Source: a virus
DNA: 64,000 nucleotides
Direction: 5' to 3' (one strand)
IMG/VR virus record: IMGVR_UViG_3300032770_000013
Location: 1-64,000 of that record
A program made the translations under genes and the position numbers. The stretch's first letter is position 1; each line of letters starts with the position of its first letter. The notes beneath the pieces were generated by a model. It was not told the DNA's origin. It did no database searches and saw only the letters and a program-made list of their open reading frames with translations. Positions 53,589 to 64,000 of this stretch are shown piece by piece.

Positions 53589-54772
53589 TTTGATGACATT
53601 AAGCGTCTGGCTTCTGACAGGTCGGAATAACGCATTATTTCGGGATGTTTTCCTAAGTCGATTTCCTCAAGGTATATTCGTCCTGATCGATGAGGGACGG
53701 CATAGATGAAACCGCCCCACTCTACAAGATTAGCTCCACCATAGGATTCAACCAATCGCGCCCGCGGCCCGCTATGCACAACATTTTGCGTGTGGCTGTT
53801 TACCCGGATCAGCTTCTTCGGCGGCCCTTTCGGCGTCTGCACCGCCGGCAGCACCACATCAGGCGGCTTGGGCAGAATAGCTATCGCTTCCGCTATTCTG
53901 CTCGGCTTGCGCTTTAATGCCGCCAATTGCTGCTCGTGCACCTCTTCCCATCGGTCGAGAACTTCCAGCGCAGCATCGTAAAACCCGCCATCCGGCGCAA
54001 ACCGAACTATCCTCGCCCATTCGCCTTGGACCCGCAGCGATCTGGCCTCAGCCACAACCGGCCGACCATACCCGATCGATGTCACATACCGGACCGACGA
54101 TACCAGATCCCACCACGGATATTGCTTAAGATCCAAGACTACACGCGAATACGGCAAGCGCCGATCCCGCTCGGCCAATGGCGTTGAATGCGGGATGACG
54201 TCGACCGAATGCCCGCGATGAATGAATTGGTCGAGCGTCTTGGTTCGGCGCCGGGTCAGGCTCCCGAAAAAGCAGAAATCATATCGCGGCATAACCTTGC
54301 CTCTTACCCTCGCCACGCTGGTCCGCGGCGGCACTATCGTCTTGAACCGCTTGCCCCAGACCATATCAATATCGGCCGCCCGAGGCACAAACCGCCTGAT
54401 AATCTTGGCGGTATCCGGTGCATAGCACCATGCCGCTGTCATATACGGTGCACTCTCAATGAAGCACTCCGCCCGCTCGATCCAGTCGTCCGAGGTGCGG
54501 TAGTTCCAGACCACGCCTTCATCGGTAACCAATGTCGGCTCTTCCGTCACCAGCACAATCATCTGGTAGCCAGCCTCGGCAAGTGATTGCACCAGCCTTG
54601 GATTATTGGTTACTTCGCTGACGCCTTCGGAGAAGATGTTAAACCACGGCGGAGGGAGGAATATCCCGCGATTGACGGCAAATTCATGCCCCAATGCTTC
54701 GATCTGGTCGCGGAGATCGTCTACTTGATCGCCAGCTTGGGCATCGATCGAGAGCATGTAGCTGAAGCGCAT
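53585..54772 (-). CDS. Glycosyltransferase-like protein (GT-B type)
   Basis: TEEP, YDFCFFGSLTRRR, VSSVRY..RPVVAE; paralog of 18129-19046. Confidence 0.55.
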   Translation of the reverse strand: MRFSYMLSIDAQAGDQVDDLRDQIEALGHEFAVNRGIFLPPPWFNIFSEGVSEVTNNPRLVQSLAEAGYQMIVLVTEEPTLVTDEGVVWNYRTSDDWIERAECFIESAPYMTAAWCYAPDTAKIIRRFVPRAADIDMVWGKRFKTIVPPRTSVARVRGKVMPRYDFCFFGSLTRRRTKTLDQFIHRGHSVDVIPHSTPLAERDRRLPYSRVVLDLKQYPWWDLVSSVRYVTSIGYGRPVVAEARSLRVQGEWARIVRFAPDGGFYDAALEVLDRWEEVHEQQLAALKRKPSRIAEAIAILPKPPDVVLPAVQTPKGPPKKLIRVNSHTQNVVHSGPRARLVESYGGANLVEWGGFIYAVPHRSGRIYLEEIDLGKHPEIMRYSDLSEARRLMSSK

Positions 54773-54977
54773 TCATGCCTCTATTTTTGTTTACGGTATT
54801 TATGACGATTGGCCGCGATATTGGCCATTAATCGTTGGTCGTAGCAAGGACCGCAATAAGTCTTTCTATTATCGTTCAAGCGCATTCCGCATTTAGCACA
54901 TTTTTTAGTAACAATTTTCGCACGGTTGCCCGCTTCAATCCGATGCCCAGCTTCCCATCCAATCGCTCTTGTCATTT

Positions 54978-55763
54978 TCAAATACCAACGGCAATCCTCT
55001 CGACGGCCTCTTCCCAATTGGTAGGAGATACCACGAAATGCCTGACGTCCGGATGGTCATTCCCTGCGAAGGTGGAACAATGGCCATACGGCATGGTTTC
55101 GGTCAAGCCAAAGAGATAAGGATTTGCCTTGCTCAATTCGCAAATAGCAAAGGTCTTGCGGCAAAAGAATAGCGCATCGCAGAGCACCGACATAACCCCA
55201 CATTGCGGACCAATGACATGCTCGGAAGCATCGCACTGATCGAACAACTCCCGTAGCGACCATTCCGGCTCGACTAGCCTAGCGTCCATGCGCTTTGCCA
55301 GCGCCTCCCAGAATTGAGGCGGCAGATTTGGCCACGACCGCGACGTATGGATTATCAGCGTGCCACTACCCCGCACGATCCTTCGTGGACCGAACGGGAC
55401 TTCCAGCGGCGCCCACGGCGAAAGGCCGAGTAATGCGCGGTACATATCCGCTTGGCTGACACGAGGCTTAACCGTCAGTTGGTCGATACGAACCGGTGTC
55501 CGAACGAAATGCGGGTGAACGTAGTAAAATCCGCGGTCGGCAATCTCGTTGGCATGGCTGAGTTGAAAGAACTGGCTTCCTTCCGCCGAGGCCACAACCT
55601 CATCGCTCGCCTCGTAATCCACGCCGAACATTTGCGGGATTGCGACCTGCGCCGATTTGACTACCACGCAAGCCTTGATGCTGTGTTCCTTTTCAAAGGC
55701 ACGGACAAGACCGCAGATGAGATAAGCATCCCCAACGCCATATAGAGCCACGAGGCGAATCAC
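54978..55763 (-). CDS. GT9-like glycosyltransferase
   Basis: YGVGDAYL and VIGPQCGV motifs. Confidence 0.5.
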   Translation of the reverse strand: MIRLVALYGVGDAYLICGLVRAFEKEHSIKACVVVKSAQVAIPQMFGVDYEASDEVVASAEGSQFFQLSHANEIADRGFYYVHPHFVRTPVRIDQLTVKPRVSQADMYRALLGLSPWAPLEVPFGPRRIVRGSGTLIIHTSRSWPNLPPQFWEALAKRMDARLVEPEWSLRELFDQCDASEHVIGPQCGVMSVLCDALFFCRKTFAICELSKANPYLFGLTETMPYGHCSTFAGNDHPDVRHFVVSPTNWEEAVERIAVGI

Positions 55764-55944
55764 GACAATCTCTTTCGCTTGGGCCGCACATTGTCCCGAG
55801 CTCGCTGACAAACTTCATGCCAGCAGCGCCGGCAGAATGCTTTGCCCGGACGCGTTGTCCTCATAATTCCCCGCCACGGATAAGCGGTCGATTGGATCTT
55901 GACCAGCATCGTGTCCGGATGACGTGGACAAAACCAATGGGCGA

Positions 55945-56343
55945 TCATCTGACTGCCGATGCAGCAGCAACGGACGCCCAGTATTTATCGTGCAGGCGAT
56001 CTGGCTGCAAAATACCTACATGACCAGCGGCCTTCGCTCTCCGAACCATGTCCGCCGTACTACGACCGCCAGTAAATGCCACCACCATATCCGGCTTGCC
56101 TTCATCTAACATGCGCTGATTCCGGATTGGACCAGCAGCGTTGCCATCCCGCTTCCATGCCGCTGGATAGGGCCACATACGTACACGGTGCTGATATGCC
56201 CATTCGTGAGCAAACGCATCAGCACCGCGCGCCGCACCGTGTATCACGTCCGTAATCGGACGATGACGATTCAGGTGGTCAAGCACAGCAAATACAAAAT
56301 CCTTGTCTTTGAAGTCTCGACCGCCGCATACAAGCACGCGCAT
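55945..56343 (-). CDS. SLOG/YspA-like (DUF2493) protein
   Basis: [29 protein letters not shown]. Confidence 0.85.
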   Translation of the reverse strand: MRVLVCGGRDFKDKDFVFAVLDHLNRHRPITDVIHGAARGADAFAHEWAYQHRVRMWPYPAAWKRDGNAAGPIRNQRMLDEGKPDMVVAFTGGRSTADMVRRAKAAGHVGILQPDRLHDKYWASVAAASAVR

Positions 56344-56346
56344 AAC

Positions 56347-57147
56347 TCATCCCTGAACCGTGACGGCAAGCGGTTTGCCGTTCATCCTAGCCTGCATACG
56401 GACAGTCTGCGGCGGAGCCAGATCCGTCGTTACCAATAGTCGCAATGATTCTCTCAATCGCGGGTCTGACGGATAGCGGTCGCCAAGCTCGGATGCTGAT
56501 ATTGGCGAATTTTGATCCCACAAATACGAATCGGGCGGATTGCTTACGCACCACCTCCACCATGCGATTCCGCGCTCGCCATGAAGCGGCCGGCGCCCGC
56601 GGTGCTCATGACTGGTCTGGGCGAGAAACATTGTTCCGGCCGGGCCGTAAATCGTCCGCATAACACCGTCCGGTCCGATAATATCGTGCGGTCCCTGCTC
56701 ATCATTAAGCACGTCCGTCAGATAGACGAACATGGCGAGGAAGCCTGCCGGATCGTCCGCATCGCGGTGAAATTCCTGAATGTCAGGTCGCGTCGGACCC
56801 TGCGCTGGTCGTGTGTAAAAACTGTTCGCCGAGTAAGACAGTGCCGGATCGCGGCCGAGATAGCCGCTTACAAAGTCAGTCAACGCCATTGCCTTCTCGA
56901 GAATGACCGGCGTTAGGATGGCATCACGAAGCGAAATGCAGATTGCGCTATCGTTTGGCACGGTATCTCGTGAGACTGGGTCGAGAATGCCGCTGTTCTT
57001 CTGTGCTGCTACTCGGATGTGAGAGCCGGGGAATACCGGACGGGAAAGGAGATAGCCGAGCACTTCATTGCGCTCGGCATCGGTCAGCGGCGGCAGCATT
57101 ACGTATGCCGTAGCGCGGAGGCTTTGGTCGATAGCTGCGTAGTCCAT
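56347..57147 (-). CDS. 2OG-Fe(II) dioxygenase (PhyH-like)
   Basis: FHRD..FVYLTDV..GPH..GPAGT..HRG. Confidence 0.7.
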   Translation of the reverse strand: MDYAAIDQSLRATAYVMLPPLTDAERNEVLGYLLSRPVFPGSHIRVAAQKNSGILDPVSRDTVPNDSAICISLRDAILTPVILEKAMALTDFVSGYLGRDPALSYSANSFYTRPAQGPTRPDIQEFHRDADDPAGFLAMFVYLTDVLNDEQGPHDIIGPDGVMRTIYGPAGTMFLAQTSHEHRGRRPLHGERGIAWWRWCVSNPPDSYLWDQNSPISASELGDRYPSDPRLRESLRLLVTTDLAPPQTVRMQARMNGKPLAVTVQG

Positions 57148-57153
57148 TTTGAT

Positions 57154-58131
57154 TTACCCAAGCGACCGAAAGCCAGCGGCCCGACGCAAACCGCCGACAC
57201 CATCAGATTCAAGTTTTTGCTGACGCATTTGCCCGAGACGCTCAAATACCACGTCTTCGTCCTGACCAAAACATTTGATGGCAATAATCACTTCACGTAG
57301 ATGAGCTACGCTGTAGTCTTCAGTAAGTCGGACCCACCGTTCAAGTGTTATTTTGTCCAACGACGGCTCTTTGGCTTGGAAGTAAACGCGACGCGCATTC
57401 GCTGAAGGCATTCCAACGTGCATAATGGTATCAAAGCGCGATGGCCGATCTACGAAACGACGATCAAGGTATTCTGGATAGTTCGTTGTAGCCAAATGAA
57501 CGACATTTGAAATCTGCGTTTCACCGTCAAGTAAAGCCAAATACCCATGATCGCCGTACTGCTGCACGAGTGCATCCAAATCTTCCATGATTGTAATCAT
57601 GGGACGATCTGGTTCGATTCGCCTCAGCAAACTGATGCAATCTGTCGCGAGAGTAGGCTTCTCAATGAACACCACAACACCACGATGTAACCGCACTAAC
57701 TCCTGCGTCATCTGCCAAATTGCACTGGTTTTACCACTGCCGGGCGGCCCCCACATCAACAGCCCGCGCTTGAATGTAAAGCCGCGCTCAGAAAAATTAT
57801 TCCGCAGCGTCCAGAATTTCTTAAATTCTGCCATTAGCTTCTCAACCGCGCCATCAGGCAATGCGAGCAAACTATCAATTTGAATTGGCATTTTTTCTAA
57901 ATAAGGACCACGATTAGACAATTGCGGACGATAAGCGCCAGGCGGCAATTCATTCACAACTTCCGATACTGGGAAAAAAGCATCACCAGATTGCGCCCAA
58001 CAACGAGCACTAGCTGCAATCTGCGCCCAATTGCTATCTGGTGGCCCTTGTGCTTCTACGGCAGCGGTCGGATTGCCATAAGCAGCCCGCTCGCGAAGAA
58101 GAGAGCCAACCAATTCGTTAAAGTCGTTCAT
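57154..58131 (-). CDS. AAA+ ATPase
   Basis: Walker A GPPGSGKT, Walker B IMEDLD, RPSRFD. Confidence 0.88.
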   Translation of the reverse strand: MNDFNELVGSLLRERAAYGNPTAAVEAQGPPDSNWAQIAASARCWAQSGDAFFPVSEVVNELPPGAYRPQLSNRGPYLEKMPIQIDSLLALPDGAVEKLMAEFKKFWTLRNNFSERGFTFKRGLLMWGPPGSGKTSAIWQMTQELVRLHRGVVVFIEKPTLATDCISLLRRIEPDRPMITIMEDLDALVQQYGDHGYLALLDGETQISNVVHLATTNYPEYLDRRFVDRPSRFDTIMHVGMPSANARRVYFQAKEPSLDKITLERWVRLTEDYSVAHLREVIIAIKCFGQDEDVVFERLGQMRQQKLESDGVGGLRRAAGFRSLG

Positions 58132-58718
58132 TTCTGGAACCACCCAATTCCAAGCCTCTCCCCAATCACAGCCACATCTAGCCCATGCGCCCGCAGATCG
58201 GCAATGAAATGCCGGACCTCGTATTCCGGCGCGAATGCATCATGAAACGCCACAACCCCGCCGGACCGGACCAGCGGGGAATACCGCAGGTAATCGCTAC
58301 ACGCTTCCCGATAGCCATGATCGCCGTCGATGAACAGCATATCAAACGGCGCTTGCTGCCGCGCCTTCTCCAGCGTCTCCAGATCCCGGCTGTCCCCATG
58401 AATTATTGCGTGCGGGCCTGGTACGCTGCTTAGAAACGTCCCGATATTGTTTTCGTCCCGCTCGATCGTCCATGCCTGATCGAACATGAGCTCGAAGCAG
58501 CAATGAATGGCGCCGGCCGAGCCAAGGCCGATCTGCAAGCACTTGCCGTTGATGCCGAGCTCTTGGAGCACCTTGGCGAACGCCATGAACTCGCTGCGCT
58601 CCTGCTGAATTGCCGGGAGATAAGGCGTGTTGCTCTCGTAATCATTGTGCCATCCGGAATGTGGCGCGAATCGACCGTCGTAGGCAACGGCATCGAAGTC
58701 TTGCGGTTGGCAACTCAT
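58128..58718 (-). CDS. Class I SAM-dependent methyltransferase (Methyltransf_24-like)
   Basis: LQIG; FDMLFIDGDH.Y..GGVVAFHD. Confidence 0.8.
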   Translation of the reverse strand: MSCQPQDFDAVAYDGRFAPHSGWHNDYESNTPYLPAIQQERSEFMAFAKVLQELGINGKCLQIGLGSAGAIHCCFELMFDQAWTIERDENNIGTFLSSVPGPHAIIHGDSRDLETLEKARQQAPFDMLFIDGDHGYREACSDYLRYSPLVRSGGVVAFHDAFAPEYEVRHFIADLRAHGLDVAVIGERLGIGWFQK

Positions 58719-59021
58719 CGGACGAAATGCACCACGATTATCTCGACTTGCAGCACGACAATAGCAGCAATGAGGCAGAGGATGGCGAGAACTATTTTAT
58801 GGTGGGCGGACATCAATCGTTCTCAAGAAACATAGGATGCGCCGCGATCGATTCAGTGTAATGACTTCCGTCAGGTCGAACGCAGTCATACCACGGCTGA
58901 GGTGCTTTGCATGTTGGCTGTATATCGCAATACTGCTTGCCGTGATCGACTTCGCAGTGTGGCGGATCGGGCGCCAGACAGCTTAGTGTCGTTGCGAGAA
59001 CTAAGGTGCATACGTCCATGA

Positions 59022-59216
59022 TTATTCCCACTCCTCGCAACCAGCACGCCACTCAGCGTCGGCCGCTAGAGCCATCCGCTGTTCAGGCGTGAATGTATGC
59101 CACATCTCACGGGCACGAGCACCAACGTGATTGCGCCAGTCGTGAACGCGCCCCGCATCGGCCCATTGCGGATCGTCCACGTCAGATTGCTTTGAAGAAT
59201 TGCGATAGATGCTCAC
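59022..59216 (-). CDS. Hypothetical protein
   Basis: RVHDWRNHV..W motif; coupled ORF. Confidence 0.5.
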   Translation of the reverse strand: MSIYRNSSKQSDVDDPQWADAGRVHDWRNHVGARAREMWHTFTPEQRMALAADAEWRAGCEEWE

Positions 59217-59782
59217 GGCCGCCCCTGAAACGATTCGATGAACCGCCGCACATGCGGATTCTTACTCTGCGCCATCTCTTCCGCCGAGTTAAAAGTCTCA
59301 CCCCCGGCAGTATGGATCGGCCATACATCGCCGTGATGTGCAGTGGCTTGAGCAGCAGCGTTTACCTTGTCGGCCGCGTCCAATATCTCGCTGGCCTTGT
59401 TGGCAAAGATCGAAGAGATCGGCATGATTGTCATTCCCCCCATTGTGTAGTCGAAGCAAACCGCTTTCCGACCATCGATCGTGCAGACCGCGGCTTCTTG
59501 CCCTGGCATGCCGACGACAAAGTCGACCTCGTAGCCATTCTCTTCCATGAGCACCTTGGCGATCGCCATCCGCTTCTTGAGCACGGGATGACTCTCAACT
59601 GTTCGTTCCCATGTCTCGCGGATGTTATTGAGCCATGCGAGCCCCAGCGCAGACTGCATCGCGTGATTGCGCTCAAACCGAAAGCTAGCATCGGTATCGG
59701 CGCCGAACTCTTCCTCGACCAGCGAGGCGGCGTATTCAATGATCTTCTTGGCGACGTCGCGGTAATCAATGGCCATCGCCAA
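59213..59782 (-). CDS. Hypothetical protein
   Basis: 189 aa with GAGG RBS. Confidence 0.55.
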   Translation of the reverse strand: MAMAIDYRDVAKKIIEYAASLVEEEFGADTDASFRFERNHAMQSALGLAWLNNIRETWERTVESHPVLKKRMAIAKVLMEENGYEVDFVVGMPGQEAAVCTIDGRKAVCFDYTMGGMTIMPISSIFANKASEILDAADKVNAAAQATAHHGDVWPIHTAGGETFNSAEEMAQSKNPHVRRFIESFQGRP

Positions 59783-59805
59783 TCCTCGTTCTCTGCTAGA
59801 GGGTT

Positions 59806-60048
59806 CTAATAGCCGAACTCAGCTATCTCGTGAACCGTAACACCTTCCGTTGCTGCGGCATGACGTTTAGCCGCCTCGCGATCGTATCTGCCAGCTTCGT
59901 CAATCAACTCGGTATAGCCGCTCCATCCTGGCCGATAAAATAGACCGCGTTTGCGAATCACAACGCCGAGAGAAGATGGGGCGATATATGGATCGTCATG
60001 TTTAATCATCGTCGTTTCTAATTTGAGTTCCACCAGCGGGCCACTCAT
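59806..60048 (-). CDS. Hypothetical protein
   Basis: YRP..SGYT..EAGRY motif. Confidence 0.5.
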   Translation of the reverse strand: MSGPLVELKLETTMIKHDDPYIAPSSLGVVIRKRGLFYRPGWSGYTELIDEAGRYDREAAKRHAAATEGVTVHEIAEFGY

Positions 60049-60326
60049 AGTCGCTCCTTGCGGCCACCTCGATCTTGATAGCCGCGTATGCCATGTTGAG
60101 AAGGATCCAGACTTTGAGGGCTATGAACCAGTTCACGTCACCAACTCCACGCATTTCTCACAGCATAATCCCCAATAGTTATACGGCTCGGGGATAAACG
60201 CTATTCGCCAGCCATGCCGGGCAATTTCTGCGTTGGCCTCAGCATGCAATACGCTCGGCTTGAATACCAGTTCCGACTTGCATGGTACGCAGACGAAACG
60301 CATTATCGGAGGCTTTTTGGTTTCAG

Positions 60327-60584
60327 TCACGGCATACATCCCTTTTGTGCTGGCAATACCATTCTATTCCGACGAAGCCGCAGGAACGCATTTAGCATCG
60401 CGCTTACAGAACCCGGAACTTCTCCTGCCTTGTGCCATCGCACTAAAGTTCGCTCAACCACATTGCATCGCAGTCGCAATTCCTGACGCCATGCGAATGG
60501 ACCCCAAATCTCTTGGCTGATCGAAACAGCATCGTCCCACGAATAGCGATGGCCCGCAGGCATTAGGATCGAGTTATTGCGCAT
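60327..60584 (-). CDS. Small HTH-like protein
   Basis: W..EL..RCNVVERTLVRW..GEVP. Confidence 0.45.
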   Translation of the reverse strand: MRNNSILMPAGHRYSWDDAVSISQEIWGPFAWRQELRLRCNVVERTLVRWHKAGEVPGSVSAMLNAFLRLRRNRMVLPAQKGCMP

Positions 60585-61080
60585 AGCCTTTCTTCTCCAA
60601 CTTCTCCCGCCCGCGGTCCGTCAGCTTAATCCCGAACGCCGCTTCCGATTCAAGCTCTGGACTAGCCGCGCCTGCCCAGATCACGCCATGCACCAGCACG
60701 CCCATTTGAACGCAGCCCTTGGCCGAAAGCTGGTCGTAAACCGACATTGCCTGATTATCCTCTGGCGCTTTCTTCTTGCGCGATAGCACCATGAACCGAG
60801 AGGCATATTTGCCGGTCGTAGCTTCGTGCACCTCGGTCAACGCCGCCATTTCCTCACCGGTCAACGGGTCATCGAACTTGACCAGCGTATCTTGGTTCTC
60901 CGCTCGTTTGGCATTGCGCATGGCTGTGGCAAGCCGATCATGGGCTGCGGTGTAATCCAGATGCGGCCGGACGAACGGATCGGTCTTCCTCGCCGCCAAT
61001 GCGCCTTCAATCGCTTTGATTGCGGCTGTGGCGAATATGATGGTTTCGAGATCGTCGTGGTCGACGGTAACTTTGGTCAT
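60574..61080 (-). CDS. Hypothetical protein
   Basis: Coupled ORF. Confidence 0.5.
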   Translation of the reverse strand: MTKVTVDHDDLETIIFATAAIKAIEGALAARKTDPFVRPHLDYTAAHDRLATAMRNAKRAENQDTLVKFDDPLTGEEMAALTEVHEATTGKYASRFMVLSRKKKAPEDNQAMSVYDQLSAKGCVQMGVLVHGVIWAGAASPELESEAAFGIKLTDRGREKLEKKGYAQ

Positions 61081-61265
61081 GGCTTAATCAACTCCGGCTC
61101 GGCAAAAGCAGCATGCAGCAACTGGCGATCATTAAACCAACAGACATCATAGACCACTAATTGCTGCCGATCGCTGGATATGCGGCGCACCATATCAATC
61201 ACCATTGACGGGCCGCCAGACCGCAGCAGCACGATGTCGCCGACTTGGAATTTTGGTTCACTCAT
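61077..61265 (-). CDS. YodC/DUF2158 family protein
   Basis: FQVGDIVLLRSGGPSMV..CWF. Confidence 0.8.
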   Translation of the reverse strand: MSEPKFQVGDIVLLRSGGPSMVIDMVRRISSDRQQLVVYDVCWFNDRQLLHAAFAEPELIKP

Positions 61266-61445
61266 CGTATAATCTCCTATTTCACCGCAACAGCGTATTC
61301 CGCAGTTGGTCCTTCGAGAACCCGGGACCGTAAACCAAGTGATGCTGCACGATCGCTTGGCGCACCTCAGAGACTATGAAACCGATTATTATTCCGTAGC
61401 TGAAGAATACTACGGCAGGGGCTTTAAGGGTCGGAGCCTCGGCCA

Positions 61446-61685
61446 TCACACTTCGACGCCGAGTTCCCGAAGCTCGCGCTTGAGGCGGATAATCTCATCC
61501 TCCATGATTCCCTTCATGACACCAACTGGATCGCGGAGAAGATGACCGAGATATTCACCTGTTCTTTCCTCGCCACGTCGCAGACACATATTTTCCCATG
61601 CCGACTTCGGCAGTGCCAAATATGTTTCCACTCGCTCAATCCGACTTCGGAGAGTCGCAGCAGTCGCAATATCTGCGTATTTCAT
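61446..61685 (-). CDS. Hypothetical protein
   Basis: GAGG RBS. Confidence 0.45.
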   Translation of the reverse strand: MKYADIATAATLRSRIERVETYLALPKSAWENMCLRRGEERTGEYLGHLLRDPVGVMKGIMEDEIIRLKRELRELGVEV

Positions 61686-61941
61686 TTGAATGTTCCTCTT
61701 GATTGTGCCGTAGCCGATTCCGCACATCACTTCGCCTCCGCTCTCATCCACCTCGCCTGCGAGGGGCAGCTTTTATCCATCGTCAACACCGCTCCAACCG
61801 GACCAGGCTTAACGCCGATGTAGCCCTCGCCTACTCTTGTCAGGAGAGCGCAGGGATTCGTTTCCGCCGGCCAGAGCCACCATCCAACCGTTGCGGCTAG
61901 AATGCTGCCGAGGATTATGGCGCGGGCGTAGTTGATGAGGG

Positions 61942-62328
61942 TCATTCATCGCCCCACAACTCGATCTGCTCCTTCTTCCATTCTTCAAGTGCAGCCAAGT
62001 TACTCTCGGTTCCCAAATAGATTTTGCTCCAAGGGACGATCACCTCTTGATTCATCTCAGGAGAGGAAATCGAAATACCTTCCTCACACACGCTCATATC
62101 GAGGCCGAATGGTTCCTTAAAGAACACCTCAATCACTTCTGTAGCAATCTTGCGAACGGCACGCTCGAGCACTTCCGGCTTTAGATCGATGCTAATCTCA
62201 AATGAATTACCGTCCTTTTCGATATTCACTGAGATGCCTTTTTCCAAGTCGTCCGGCCAATCTCCCCATTCCCAATTGGAAAGATTGACGCGGACCTTCT
62301 TCTTTCGCTTCGTCGCTCGTTTTGCCAT
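61942..62328 (-). CDS. Hypothetical protein
   Basis: Coupled ORF. Confidence 0.5.
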   Translation of the reverse strand: MAKRATKRKKKVRVNLSNWEWGDWPDDLEKGISVNIEKDGNSFEISIDLKPEVLERAVRKIATEVIEVFFKEPFGLDMSVCEEGISISSPEMNQEVIVPWSKIYLGTESNLAALEEWKKEQIELWGDE

Positions 62329-63036
62329 CAGATTATCTCTTTCAGCCCATGCTGATTTTCGAGTATCTTGTTCTTGGCGCGTAATTGCTCGATCTCATCA
62401 GCAGCTTCCAGCATATCGCGCCGAGCGGTTTGTTCATCCATGATTGCGATTGCCGTTCCCGTCATGATCGAACCGCGCGCTATGCTGCCATCGGGCAAGA
62501 TTGATCCCAATGTCATCATTGGGTGGCGAAGCCGCTCGACTAAATCGCGGTGGTCGGTCATGGCAACCAATAAACTGTTGAGGATTCACCATACGGTGCC
62601 CAATAGCTTTTGAAACGGACATGCTGCCGCCAAACCCATCGCCTTTGGCCATTGCGCTTGTTAAACTCATGGACCGAAAGATAGGCTTTAACCGGGAACC
62701 AAGCCCACCAAAGCTCTCCGTCTTTCATTTCCGCTTCTCCACCACATCATCAGCAAATCGCAGGTCGGCAATCGCTTCGGCAATGAGCGTCCCGATTTCA
62801 TCCTGCGACAATGAACTAAGTTCTTTGCCTTCAGCTTGGATGCGAGCCAGAACGCAGGCCATGACCATGTTGCGGTCGATCATTTCCGCTTCTCCGCTTG
62901 CCGATTAGCTATTGGCCCAAATCTTTAATGGTATTCGGGACAATCCAAAAGCATTCTGAACCTTTTGAGCCGTTGCCATAATAAACGGCCCATCCCCAAG
63001 TAGTTCGCTTGAAGCGTATCCGCACGCATTGCATTT

Positions 63037-63453
63037 TCATGACTTCTTCTCCGCTTGCCGGCGATACCAAGTACGGCGCGACATCCCGAGCTTCTTCCAC
63101 GGTTCCTGCGCCGCTAAGGTTTTCGACCTGTCCTCGAGGCGAGGGCGCTTAAATGGTCGTGGCTTATGATCGAGGGTTCCCGTCTTTCCGGTCACGCGCG
63201 GCCGAGGATTTTTGACCGCAACGTTGTCACCCACAACCTTGTCAGCACCGTCCGCCCGGCGCGAGCCTACTGGGACTTCGACAACCCGCGGCATCCGAGA
63301 CCTCGCCGATGCCGCCAAGTCTCCATCCGTTCGCTTGGGATTGGTCCTCGTCTCAAACTTAGGGCACGGCCCTAACCGATGCCGTTCACCACAAGTCCTG
63401 CATTTCGGCAAATCCATGACACCGGATTGGCACAGAATTGGCACCGCAGTCAA
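63037..63453 (-). CDS. Hypothetical DNA-binding protein with C-terminal HTH
   Basis: PWKKLGMSRRTWYRR. Confidence 0.5.
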   Translation of the reverse strand: MTAVPILCQSGVMDLPKCRTCGERHRLGPCPKFETRTNPKRTDGDLAASARSRMPRVVEVPVGSRRADGADKVVGDNVAVKNPRPRVTGKTGTLDHKPRPFKRPRLEDRSKTLAAQEPWKKLGMSRRTWYRRQAEKKS

Positions 63454-63896
63454 GAGCCATCTTCCGGTTTCCTGTTCGCAACTCCCTGCGGCCCAGATAA
63501 CTGCGCCATGTCCTCGAATAAGCCGAGTTCCCGCATTTCCTCGAGGATCTCAGCCCGCAATTGATCCCGATCCTTGCCGTTGAGCGGATTGTCTTTGTCG
63601 CCTGAGACTTTGAGCGCCGAAAGCTTCGGATAATAATAGGGCGCAACCTTATCGGCTAAGGCCGCCGCATCTTTGACATACCCGTCGACCGTTTCATCAT
63701 CGATCCCATTCCGCAGGCAAATCATAGCCTTGCGCCTGAAATGCCACATCGCCTCCTTCATGATCGAGAGGCAATCGAGATTGGGCGTATCATCAGCCGC
63801 ATAGGAAAGAGCGGCCATCGCGCCGCCTGGACTATCGCGCAGTCTGGCTTCGCGGGCGAGCGTCCGTTTGTTCTTTGAGCCCTTTGGACGAGCCAT
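63450..63896 (-). CDS. Putative terminase small subunit
   Basis: RPKGSKNK start; APYYYPKLSA..SGDKDNPL. Confidence 0.6.
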   Translation of the reverse strand: MARPKGSKNKRTLAREARLRDSPGGAMAALSYAADDTPNLDCLSIMKEAMWHFRRKAMICLRNGIDDETVDGYVKDAAALADKVAPYYYPKLSALKVSGDKDNPLNGKDRDQLRAEILEEMRELGLFEDMAQLSGPQGVANRKPEDGS

Positions 63897-64000
63897 TTAC
63901 GACCGTATTTCCAATTTTTTCCTGTTGCCGCCCAAACATTTATCGTGAACGGCTGGAATATATCCGGGAAATACGAGTATTTCAATTATAGCTTCGGAGC

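Overview
About 64 kb of a tailed-phage genome with podovirus-like morphogenesis genes, almost all on the minus strand. The host is probably an alphaproteobacterium. It contains portal, GroES-like, scaffold, capsid, adaptor, nozzle and ejection-protein genes, a dense array of 39 tRNA genes covering all 20 amino acids, about 8 HNH genes, a solo TnpB, and a dispersed glycosyltransferase, methyltransferase and dioxygenase set. The main finding is a pair of loci (19.0-20.5 kb and 37.8-39.0 kb) in which a stand-alone RAMP/Cas7-like gene sits with non-coding tracts of 5-nt units (GGY-NN). Reading only the variable NN dinucleotides as a gapped code (NN-x-NN-x, i.e. codon positions 1-2), four of the six tracts spell diverged versions of the neighbouring genes. 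In two of these the phage's own copy has synonymous first-position changes (CGN>AGA, CTN>TTA) at exactly that site. A fifth tract spells a TOPRIM primase motif and the sixth is unresolved. This points to a non-contiguous RNA-guided system aimed at related or competing phages, similar to what I recall being described as VIPR. All assignments were made by eye from motifs; no database searches were run.
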